Shown: positions 13,230 to 23,626 of the stretch, piece by piece
Position numbering within the stretch: position 1 is the stretch's first letter
Layout of the letters: every line of letters starts with the position of its first letter
Source of the DNA: Octopus bimaculoides
Taxonomy: Eukaryota
Direction: 5' to 3'
Assembly: GCF_001194135.2 (NCBI RefSeq)
Contig: NC_068981.1
Location: 150,145,105-150,194,036, forward strand
Length of the DNA stretch: 48,932 bases
The notes under the pieces: model-generated
The model's input: only the letters and a program-made list of their open reading frames with translations
What the model was told of the DNA's origin: nothing
Databases searched by the model: none
Made by a program: the position numbers and the translations under genes

Positions 13230-13830
13230 ACCTCCCTGAAACAAGACATGCTAAAGAACTTAAAGACAAAGATTGATAATACGCAGTATCTATGGAAAAG
13301 GAGACGAATGTATTAACTATTACTTCAATGTGTGCAGTAAACTAGCGTAAAAAGAGTATTTGCGCAGGTATGACAGTGTCGTTAATAGAGTGTACTGAGA
13401 GGTTAACTGACAGCGTGGAATCAGTGAAAGAAAAGTGGCATGAACACGATCCATTTATTATTCAGGATTTTATGAGATGTGTCTATAAAAATTGACTGTG
13501 CTATTAAAAGAAGCAGATCAAATGCAATCGTGAGGAACAAAAACAAAGACAAAGACAGTGTAAGATTTTGCAAAACCATATGATAATAAAGTGGATATCA
13601 AAGAAATAAAGAAGATTGAGAAATATCAGGATGTCGCCAAAGAGATGATAGATGAAGACAAAGGGAACAATTATTTATGTCGCAATTGTTGCACGTGGTA
13701 CAATACACAAACTGCTCAATTAGAGGCTCTAGGATATTGAAATTGAGACTCATAATCGAACCTACAAAAAGGGCCATCCCCGATTCAGCAAAAAACATCC
13801 CTGCCAAATAAGATGCCGTAGCTTTTGAAT
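13230..13830 (+). mobile_element. R4/Dong-like retrotransposon 3' fragment, heavily decayed
   Basis: Remnants ..CSKLA*KEYLRRYDSV.. and KEIKKIEKYQDVAKEM are colinear with the zinc-knuckle/RLE region seen at 47952-48770. Confidence 0.6.
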
Positions 13831-14229
13831 AACACCATCACCATCACCACCAAGAAGAAGAAGAACAACAACAACAGCAACACCCATAGACGAGTGAGAT
13901 GGGGAACAACCTATTTCCTCTTTTAGTTCAGTAGAATGATAAATTGTTTTCAATAAGAGTCTGTATTGTTAGTTTCTCCTATAATTGAGCTCTATTCGGT
14001 AATTAACTCATCCACATAATTCACGTTGCACTACAAATGCTTGAATCTGTCTGAGATTTTGTTTGATTTTTCAAAGGATACAAATTTTCAATTCATTGTC
14101 TTCCTCGTCGTCTGTATCTCTCCTCGTCTTCAGAGGAAGGAAGTCATTGTTGTTGTTGTGTCGACGCCCCCAGGCGAAGAAGTAGGACTCCGAAGACATA
14201 TAAATAGAGATAGTCTGGCCGTGGTAGGA

Positions 14230-14493
14230 GTGTTGAGTAGCAGCTGTGTAGCAGTTGAGTAGTAGTCGAGTGTTGAGTAGCAGTTGAGTAGTAGTCGAGT
14301 GTTGAGTAGCAGTTGAGTAGTAGTCGAGTGTTGAGTAGCAGTCGAGTGTTGAGTAGTAGTCGAGTGTTGAGTAGCAGTTGAGTAGTAGTCTAGTGTTGAG
14401 TAGCAGTTGAGTAGTAGTCGAGTGTTGAGTAGCAGTCGAGTGTTGAGTAGCAGTTGAGTAGTAGTCGAGTGTTGAGTAGCAGTCGAGTGTTGA
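14230..14493 (+). repeat. Modular minisatellite of 29-bp and 18-bp units
   Basis: GTGTTGAGTAGCAGTTGAGTAGTAGTCGA (29 bp) interspersed with GTGTTGAGTAGCAGTCGA (18 bp). The array runs into a 10-N gap. Confidence 0.95.
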
Positions 14494-15515
14494 NNNNNNN
14501 NNNGAGGCATAACAGTTGTTTTCTGGTTCATTTCACTGCTTTGAGGATCGGTCTCACTTTATTGCTTTTAAGCTCTCTCCGTAAGTTTGGAATGTTTTTG
14601 TTATCATTACGCCCATCTTATTAAAAAATGATAGCGTGGTGTTGTATTTGGTTAGTTAATATCATAGGGATCAGGCTTAATGCTATAGTTTATAATGAGA
14701 GTACATCTCAGCTTCACTGTTACCTTAACCTTAACAGAGATAGAGGCAGAACAGATCTCCCTTCTTCTTGATCAACTCTTTGATAAGGAAAATGGTTTAT
14801 CTTCTCCACAGAGCCGTCGCATAACTTTTAGAGGCTCACTGCAACTTTTTGTTTCGAGGTCCCATCTCTTCAGTCAAAATTCATAATCTACGCACCTTTA
14901 TTATCTGCAAAATTCAAACGTAGTCCCTTACAGCTTGTTGTATTTTAGAATCATCACATCAGAGTCTGCTGTGGTGATTTTAAGATACAACACATAAAAA
15001 GACACTAACGGTATATCTTTTTTCTACCCCTCTGTAGATAGATATACACACATACGTACACACACAAACGTCTGTGTGTGCGCTTGCGCGTTCACACGCA
15101 CACGCCTTGTTTTTGTTACGGAAAGAATTTTGTCTCCAGTGTTTANNNNNNNNNNNNNNNNNNNNNNNNNNNNNNNNNNNNNNNNNNNNNNNNNNNNNNN
15201 NNNNNNNNNNNNNNNNNNNNNNNNNNNNNNNNNNNNNNNNNNNNNNNNNNNNNNNNNNNNNNNNNNNNNNNNNNNNNNNNNNNNNNNNNNNNNNNNNNNN
15301 NNNNNNNNNNNNNNNNNNNNNNNNNNNNNNNNNNNNNNNNNNNNNNNNNNNNNNNNNNNNNNNNNNNNNNNNNNNNNNNNNNNNNNNNNNNNNNNNNNNN
15401 NNNNNNNNNNNNNNNNNNNNNNNNTATATAAATATATACAGAAAGAGAGAGAGAGAAATGAATAAAGAAAGAGGGAGAGACAGAAAGACTAAGAGAAATG
15501 TGTGTTTGGTACACG

Positions 15516-15551
<36 letters not shown>

Positions 15552-15559
15552 TCTTTCTT

Positions 15560-15700
15560 TCTCTGAGCTGGCCAAAGCCTTGTGAATGGACTTGGAAGAC
15601 CGAAACAGATAAAAGCCAGACGTATATATGTGTGTGTGTGTATATATATGAATGTGTATACGAATGCCTGTGAGTGTATGTTTGTATGCATAAGTATACA
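15560..15700 (+). mobile_element. SINE family D fragment
   Basis: CTGGCCAAAGCCTTGTGAATGGACTTGGAAGACCGAAAC..AAAGCCAGACGTATATATGTGTG matches the central part of 23435-24144. Confidence 0.6.
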
Positions 15701-15929
15701 TCCCCACCTTTCATCACTATTGCTTCTTTTTCTTGTCTTTTCTCTTGAAATTGTTCTTATTTTCATTGCTTTGAATTTCTTTCGTTTTTTCTTTTATCTC
15801 CCTAGGGAATTCGTTGAAAAGCTTTTTTCATTTACTTTTTTTGTTTCTTTTAAAGTTATTTACGGTACACCCTCATATTGTTTTCCTCGTCTGACTTGAA
15901 ATTTTCAATTAACATCTTAACCAAAGTAA

Positions 15930-16008
15930 ACAGCCCATGTATGTAATTTGATCTTAACATGGGGCCCCTCAGTTGCTGAGGGGTTGCAGGGGTTTAACGA
16001 CGGCCCTG
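15930..16008 (+). mobile_element. Possible hAT-like MITE terminus with perfect internal hairpin
   Basis: Ends TAACGACGGCCCTG (reverse complement CAGGGCCG..). Contains CCCCTCAG-TTG-CTGAGGGG, an 8-bp stem. Confidence 0.3.
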
Positions 16009-16495
16009 CTTCTCCATCAATTCCGAAGTTTCCACTGGTGGTACTTACTCAAAATGCAGCTTCTGTTTCTGTTGTTGATACTGTTATTCTTAATTTTTTA
16101 AACCCGCAAAATTAAAAACCTTCATGTATTTTAGCCACAAGTTGGGCCTTCTACCCCGCACTACTAATTTCACGGAATTATATTCCTGTACCTATGAACT
16201 GTGGTTTTGTAGGTTCATAAAGACTTGCATGTCAATATCCCCGCATTCGACCAAATTTCGTTCCTCGTCACTTCGGCTCTGACAAGCAGCACTTATTACA
16301 TCACAAAGGCGACAAAGAAGTAGGTTTAATTATTGGCCATGTCCCTGATTGTCAGTCTTGTATCGCATTCCTCGGCGTACTATGACAGAAGTGTATTAAT
16401 GGATACGGATCGTGGCTTAAACCTCAGTTCCAAAAAACAGGCAGATAGCAACGTTATTTATTTTGTTTATATTAATCAAGCTGGTGTCCTTTTTT

Positions 16496-16677
16496 TTGAT
16501 AGTTGCTTTCACAATGTTTCTGCAGCTGTACGCCCCAGCCTTCTTCAGGTGTCTTGCATTGAACTCGGTTGTTGTATCGAAATACAGATACAAGAAATTC
16601 CGATACAACAACCTATTTCAACACCTGAAGAGGGCTGGAGAGCACAACAGCCGAAACGTAGAGAAAGCAACAATCAA
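16496..16677. repeat. Inverted duplication whose arms carry hammerhead-ribozyme-like cores (possible Penelope-like pLTR remnants)
   Basis: GGTTGTTGTATCG (16567-79) is the perfect reverse complement of CGATACAACAACC (16601-13), and the arms extend to about 16496/16677. Plus arm: CTGAAGA-G-GGCTG-loop-CAGCC-GAAAC (16625-16657). Minus arm: CTGAAGA-A-GGCTG..CAGCT-GCA-GAAAC. The inverted repeat is certain; the ribozyme identity is not. Confidence 0.6.
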
Positions 16678-16906
16678 GATGGGAAAACCAAACCGACAAA
16701 TATAGACAGGAGACAACATATAGATTTCTCATCTCAGAAAGCTAGAATTTTAGACAATAATATATTTAATTTTTTTTTTTTTTTCAATGGAAAAAATATT
16801 GGCCTACACATCGAGTAAGACCCGTTTTAATTGAGTTTTAGAAGGTACACAAAAGTACATCAACTTTCTTCGTTCCTGTTGCTGGAGAAAATCAAGAAGG
16901 GGAAAT

Positions 16907-16954
<48 letters not shown>

Positions 16955-17334
16955 CAGACTTGCCAGACTTGCACGTTCAGTAAAATGCTACTCAGTACCA
17001 AACTCTCCGCCACCGATATTTGTAAACCTCCAAAGATACTCCAGTGTCTGAAGCACTAGATCCATTATTATTTTGGGGAGATTTGTATTCTTGTTTATAA
17101 TCATTTGTATGCAAAAGCGTTCCATCGGTGGGCACGAATACTCGCACGGCGATCCAGAGAACGAACGCCAACTGATGGCGGCGTTGGTGGCCACAGTGGC
17201 CAAGACAGAAGAAAGAGACAAAAGAGAGAGGACGCGTTAGTGGTGGGCGCGAGGAAACGAGTACACTGTCGGACGGTACTTTTTCCCCCTCTCTTGCTTT
17301 CGTTGTCGTGGTCAGTTGTCTCTCCACGCCACTG

Positions 17335-17390
17335 TCTGTCAACTGGAACCCTTACCGTCGTAATCGATGGTAAGAGTTCCAGCCGTGTGG
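17335..17390 (+). mobile_element. Probable 3' fragment of a further SINE family
   Basis: CAACTGGAACCCTTACCGTCGTAATCGATGG resembles a cephalopod SINE 3' end as I recall it. Single copy in the window. Confidence 0.3.
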
Positions 17391-17509
17391 GTTTCAATAT
17401 GTATTTTGTAAGTTTTCCTTAGTTATGCATGACTTAACTCTCCATATCAAAAACATCGGTGCACTTAAAGTGTCCCTTTACTTGATATCTTTCATCTTTT
17501 ACCTGTTCC

Positions 17510-17760
17510 AGTAATTAAATTGCGGTCATGCTGGGGTAGCACCTTGAAGAAGAATTTTAGTGAAACTAATGGACTTTAGTGCTTATTCTTTTTTAAAAAG
17601 TTTGATATTTATTCCATCAGTTCCTTACGCCGAATCACTAAGTTACGGGGACGTAAACACATCAACACCGGTTGTCAAGCAGTGGTTGAGGGAGCACTGA
17701 CACAGACATATCTATAAATACATGCATACTTACACCCACACACACGCACGTACACGCACG
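17510..17760 (-). mobile_element. SINE family D 3' half, reverse orientation
   Basis: GCGGTCATGCTGGGGTAGCACC..TAAGTTACGGGGACGTAAACACATCAACACCGGTTGTCAAGC is reverse-complementary to 23940-24110. Confidence 0.75.
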
Positions 17761-18257
17761 CGCGCGCANNNNNNNNNNATGTGGTTGGGAAGCAAACTTC
17801 TTAACATACAGCTACCCTTGTTTATCTCGGTTCTGCATATGAATCACTCCAGTGTTGAATTTTACTCCCCCAACCCGACGAGATGAATCTAAGGAAGAGA
17901 AACATTGTACTGTATGTCGCTTATGCCAAAAGAAAACGTAAAGGAGCATGTGGCAAGCTTCTGGAGACTATTGTTTACAATACTGCCTTCTGTGTTCAGT
18001 GAGGTCTTTCTGACTTCATCAAATAATATAAACAACATGAAATATTTTCGTTCACCAAGATTTTTACGTCCCGTGCTTTTCTTTCGTTTGTAGTTTTTTT
18101 TTTCTTCCTCTTCAAAAGATGATATTATTTGAGTAATAAGCGAATGCCACAAAGTAAACGTGAAATGTTGGTAAAAATATTCTACGTGCAAGTTTGAATT
18201 CCTTCTAGATGGATTTTGTCACCTTACTTTGTAAAGTGTATAAAGATCACTCAACTA

Positions 18258-18476
18258 CGATGACGTTCTGAAAAGTTCTTGGCTTTGGGCAACAGAAAAT
18301 GCAGGAGGATCCGTTACTAATGATTTTATTCAACATATAATCCCCTTTCAGATTCACACACTTATTGCAGTGGCCCTTCAGATGTTCTACGCCCTGTAAA
18401 AGAACTCAGAAGTTTGAGCCTCCAGCTAGGCCTTTAAGTTCCTTAAGGCCGGGAACTTTTCAGCACCTACTTTGCG
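18258..18476. mobile_element. Mariner-type MITE (about 220 bp) with degenerate TIRs and TA flanks
   Basis: Left TA|CGATGACGTTCTGAAAAGTTCTTGGC; right GCCGGGAACTTTTCAGCACC....CG|TA. CTGAAAAGTTC and GAACTTTTCAG are perfectly inverted. Confidence 0.65.
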
Positions 18477-20321
18477 TATAAATTATACATATACGCATTT
18501 GCGAGTTAGGGGATTTTCACTTCTTAATAGCGCTGGGTTCGTGNNNNNNNNNNGGAGATTTTCACTTCTTAATAGCGCTGGGTTCGTGTGTTTCCGTAAT
18601 AGTAGAAGTACTCAAACAACAAATACAACAAAAACGAAACATTTCACTAGCACAAAAGAGATTAGAAATAAATGAATAAATTACGGCTTTAATATTCACC
18701 GTTCAACTCCAGGTTTAGGAACCAGGATTTAATTTATTCCGGTTGTTGCTCTTGAAAATACTAGGGTTTCCACTTCACCTCGTTTTCTCTTTTAATGTAA
18801 ATTTAAAGTTTTGTATCTAAGCAACGAATAATTTGTCTACTTTCCATGAACTCCTGGTGATTAGAATCTGTTAAACATTCTTGGTTTCTCTTTGAAACCA
18901 TTCCGTTTCACTTATTCCGTTGATTCCCTCGGGAATGACATGAACATTACCATCTCCCATATGCTATATCCTATAATATATAGTGAAAAGAAACCATTAT
19001 TTAATTATATTGGCTAGAGCTCACTGTGTTGCTTAAATTGATGTAGAATTTTGTCTGTGTTCATTTGCAATTCTCCAGTGAAAGGTCTTCTCATATTTTG
19101 CTAATGGCCTTCTATGCAACATTATCTACTTGTAATTGATGCCTATTGAATGAATGCTTATTTTTGCAATGAATTTATGGTAACATGCTTCACAAAGATT
19201 TGTAAACAAGAGTTTAATGATGTGGTATCTGAAATTTAATGATTGAAGATTTAAATAAAATCTTTAATGAAAAATTTCTCAGACATTGTATGCAAGTGGG
19301 CATCATCCTGAGATTAAGCTGCTTTGTCAGTTAAAAACAGCCACTTTTAATAAGAGTAAGAGATGGTGACTTATTTTCATTAAAATAGATCTCAATTTTG
19401 AATAGCATACATATATATATGTATATATTCATCTAGGTACAGATGATGAACGTACATTTGCGAAGCTTCAAATCAGCGCCAAATTATACTCAAAATTAGT
19501 CAAATACATAGTAGTTTTGGAACTCTACTGACACTAGGTTTTCACAATTGGTACATTTGCAGAGGGATTTTGAGTGAACTAAAGAGAAGTTGAGTTATAT
19601 AGCTTTAGTATGACCGGGACCTTTATATCGTTGGTGAAATACAAACACCAGGCTTGGAGACAAACATTTTCTTCCGTTCTTCGACGAAGAGTGCAGTAAT
19701 AAGTACGTCAATTTAGGTTTCTCTAAGTTGTGTAATTGGGATATTTTAAGGGTACTGCAATTTTTAGATTATTTTGGATTGCTATATTGAGGGAACATTT
19801 CTAAGAAAAGAATTCAGTAAAAATTCATTTTGAATGAAGTGTAAGTAAAGTGGGCTTAGCAGATAAACTCCATGAAATAGGATGAGAATAAAACGTGTAT
19901 GGTGCATATGAATCTCTGCACCTTAAGTTTATGAAATTGTTTTCATTAATTATATTTCTTTAAACGTCCGACATGAGGTTGTGATAATCATATAACATTC
20001 TTAGATATTGACCCATCTTCAAATAATATACTTATACTACATCAGTTTACGTCAGTTTGATCGCCAAACGTCATCAAATGTATTATTTCTGGATATAGGC
20101 ATGGTTTCATGATTAGATTTAAACTACATTAATCAGATAAGTAGTATACTTTCCACTTGCCGGTAACCCAATCAATAAGTTCAGCACTGATACCAATATA
20201 GCTGTCGTTAGTGAAAGGTAACTTCAAATTACAACAATAACAATATAGAGGAGGTAGAGGATTGCCACATTTAGATTAGAATTACCGTTCTTATTTCGTA
20301 TCAAACCTGCCACTTTATATA

Positions 20322-20413
20322 TACAAGAGTAGTCGGGGTAGATGTTGATGATCAGTATTCTACAGTGGGAGCAAAGACGAGTACAGGTAGCCAGAGCCAA
20401 TATAGAATTCTGC

Positions 20414-20417
<4 letters not shown>
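20322..20417 (+). repeat. 96-bp inverted repeat, left arm
   Basis: 94/96 identical to the reverse complement of 21487-21582. Ends exactly at an (AT)n tract. Confidence 0.95.
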
Positions 20418-20462
<45 letters not shown>

Positions 20463-20466
<4 letters not shown>

Positions 20467-21365
20467 TGGAGGCACCCGGCATTACCCGGGAATGAAATTG
20501 TTCCTTATATATCAAATGAAAAATGCATGTTCATTCACAAATGCAGCCAAGTCTGTGATGTCATAATTTATCTCTCTTGCTATGTCTCTTAAGGCTAAAT
20601 CACTAATTTGGCGGTTTGCTTTTGGCAGTCCAGAACCAGACTCTTGCAAATGTTTGCCTCCCATGGCCAAAACTTGATCCTCACTTTCAATCAGTGCTTG
20701 GTTAAAAATTGTTTCAGAGAACGGAATATTGATATCTTGGTTTGCCTGTTGAACTGCATGCTTTAAATCCTCAGCCATGTCCTCACGATGTTTCTTCCAA
20801 AGCTGTAGGGGATTGCCAAATTGACACATGTTCAGTATAATTGCAGAATGCTACGGATTTCTTTGGAGAATCTGATACTGATGCTGCAGTCAAAGCACGG
20901 TCCCCATGCTCATCATTTTCTAAAAAAAACCTTGTTGATAGCATGCTTTCCTATAAGTTTCACATTTACCCTCCTCGAATCTTGAAATGATTTGGGACCA
21001 CACACTTCATGCAAAAGGAGCCGTAAGTAGTAGCATTCTGCTTGGCTTGCGGGGACATTGTAAACTTTTGCAAGATCGTCAGCCGCACGTTTCCTGTTGT
21101 GCTATTTATTGTTTCTCTAGGTGTAATACTTGGGTAATTGTGAGTAAAGGAGCTTTCTTGCAGATTCAACTACTTGACACAACTTAACTAAGGCAGTAAG
21201 GGTAGTTTCTTTTGGAGAAAGTGCTTATTGCATGGCTGTTTGTTTTGTAAAGATAATCCTGTGGTCATTCTCTAGATGGACACTCAGATGAATGATGGCT
21301 GGGTGCCTCTCATGAATGGGAGAATTAAAGATGCACCAAAAGGTCTCAATGGTACCGATGTATCT
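20463..21365 (-). mobile_element. Helitron remnant: Rep C-terminal/linker pseudogene plus 3' terminal hairpin
   Basis: Minus-strand translation across stops and frameshifts gives IHERHPAIIHLSVHLEND, TTLTAL..LCQ..ARKLLYSQLPKYYT*, ECYYLRLLLHEVCGPKSF, LENDEH and NPLQLWKKHREDMAED..FNQALI..EINYD, typical of RepHel. It ends in hairpin CCCGG-GTAATG-CCGGG (20490-20475), then TGCCTCCA-CTTA (decayed CTAG) into (TA)n. Confidence 0.9.
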
Positions 21366-21486
21366 TCCTATGTTACACTGTGCATCTTGGTCGTTTTTAT
21401 TTATCTGCTGACTGTCATTCTACATAAGAGTGTATGTTGCAGCATTTAAACCTTTGTTTATATATAATTGCAAACGTACTTAACAG

Positions 21487-21582
21487 AGTTGCAGAATTCT
21501 ATATTGGCTCTGGCTACCTGTACTCGTCTTTGCTTCCACTGTAGAATACTGATCATCATCATCTACCCCGACTACTCTTGTA
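21487..21582 (-). repeat. 96-bp inverted repeat, right arm
   Basis: Reverse complement of 20322-20417 with two substitutions. Confidence 0.95.
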
Positions 21583-22039
21583 GAGAGTGAGAACATTGTT
21601 CCCGGAAACATTTCCAAAAATTAAAGTGCGGATTAAATGGAAAAAATAAGTTACGTGAATATCTTCAGAAGACTGGTTAAATGAAATGGCGAATGTGGAA
21701 CACTCCACGCGCGCGCGTGCGTGCACATACAGGCACGCACGCACACGCACGCACACGCACGCACACGCACACATAGACACACACATACTGTATCAAATAT
21801 CGGATGAAATGGGCGTGCGTGAGAGAGAAACGGGGTGTTGTAATGTATATGCACATACATAAATAAATACTTAGACATCTTTTTGTATATATATGTGCAT
21901 ATGTGTGAGTGTGAGTGAGATAAAGAGAGAGTGAATGCCACTTAGACATCACTCTCTCTCTCTCACGCATACATACAAAAAGATGTATGCTTATGTATTA
22001 ACGTATGTACGTATACATGGCAACACACCCCTTGACTGA

Positions 22040-22086
<47 letters not shown>

Positions 22087-23434
22087 NNNNNNNNNNNNNN
22101 NNNNNNNNNNNNNNNNNNNNNNNNNNNNNNNNNNNNNNNNNNNNNNNNNNNNNNNNNNNNNNNNNNNNNNNNNNNNNNNNNNNNNNNNNNNNNNNNNNNN
22201 NNNNNNNNNNNNNNNNNNNNNNNNNNNNNNNNNNNNNNNNNNNNNNNNNNNNNNNNNNNNNNNNNNNNNNNNNNNNNNNNNNNNNNNNNNNNNNNNNNNN
22301 NNNNNNNNNNNNNNNNNNNNNNNNNNNNNNNNNNNNNNNNNNNNNNNNNNNNNNNNNNNNNNNNNNNNNNNNNNNNNNNNNNNNNNNNNNNNNNNNNNNN
22401 NNNNNNNNNNNNNNNNNNNNNNNNNNNNNNNNNNNNNNNNNNNNNNNNNNNNNNNNNNNNNNNNNNNNNNNNNNNNNNNNNNNNNNNNNNNNNNNNNNNN
22501 NNNNNNNNNNNNNNNNNNNNNNNNNNNNNNNNNNNNNNNNNNNNNNNNNNNNNNNNNNNNNNNNNNNNNNNNNNNNNNNNNNNNNNNNNNNNNNNNNNNN
22601 NNNNNNNNNNNNNNNNNNNNNNNNNNNNNNNNNNNNNNNNNNNNNNNNNNNNNNNNNNNNNNNNNNNNNNNNNNNNNNNNNNNNNNNNNNNNNNNNNNNN
22701 NNNNNNNNNNNNNNNNNNNNNNNNNNNNNNNNNNNNNNNNNNNNNNNNNNNNNNNNNNNNNNNNNNNNNNNNNNNNNCTCTCTCTCTCTCACTCACACAC
22801 ACACGAATACACACATATACATAAATATTTCAAATACACTTACTAAACTCGATTTGAATATACGAGAAAATTATAAATTTGAAATATAAAACTTCATCTG
22901 TGCTTATTTTTATATTAATACAAAGACACGTACGTATGAAATATTTGGCAAGCCTTTATGTTAATTAAATGAACACACCACAAAAACAAAACAAAAAAAA
23001 ATCATCTCCCAGACATTCTCATTGGTGATTAGATTATTTACAGTCGTTGGAAAACTTTTTTTTTCTATATCATTATCACCATAACACGAAATCTTCAATT
23101 GTGACCCGGTAACCTTATAAGTTTAAGCAAATAGTTTATTTTCATATTGATTTTCCTACAAAACCTCAAAATATCTGAATCATAGATAAAGAGAAATGAT
23201 ATTTTGAAGTCTGAGGTTATGATAATGTTTTCCTTGCTATAGAGTCGCATGAAAATGTCCATAGATTTTGCAAGGATACTCCCACTGGTTAGATCGATAT
23301 ATCTGCAATTCAATTTTAATTTTTACGGCTGGTTGCAGAAAATGTGTGGGATGCGATACTTGACAGGAAAAATAAGGCAAACTGTTTAACATGAAATGGA
23401 CATGGTGATATACTGAGGCAAATACTTTGTTTTT

Positions 23435-23592
23435 AGGAGTGGCTGTTTGGTAAGTAGCTTGCTTACCAACCACATGGTTCTGGGTTCAGTCCTATTGCGT
23501 GGCACCTTGGGGCAAGTGTCTTCTATTATAGCCTCGGGCCGACCAAAGCCTTGTGAGTGGATTTGGTAGACAGAAACTGAAAGAAGCCTGTC

Positions 23593-23626
<34 letters not shown>

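Noticed and set aside
14130-14531. 133-aa repetitive ORF over the minisatellite
   Set aside because: Open only because that strand lacks G and hence stop codons. It also crosses a gap.
8653-16008. CAGGGCCG... and ...CGGCCCTG as the two ends of one 7.3-kb hAT element
   Set aside because: The 8-bp flanks differ (ACTACCAA vs CTTCTCCA) and there is no hAT transposase between them. Treated as separate remnants.
16960-17342. VYKYRW followed by LVLSSILLN resembling an SLC49/MFS first transmembrane segment
   Set aside because: Needs a frameshift, has no in-frame ATG, and the match is too short to support.
18512-18588. 32-bp direct repeat either side of a 10-N gap
   Set aside because: Typical unmerged contig overlap, an assembly artefact.
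23435-23510. tRNA gene calls for SINE heads (also family A heads)
   Set aside because: A/B-box-like motifs are present but there is no complete cloverleaf, and they continue into SINE bodies.
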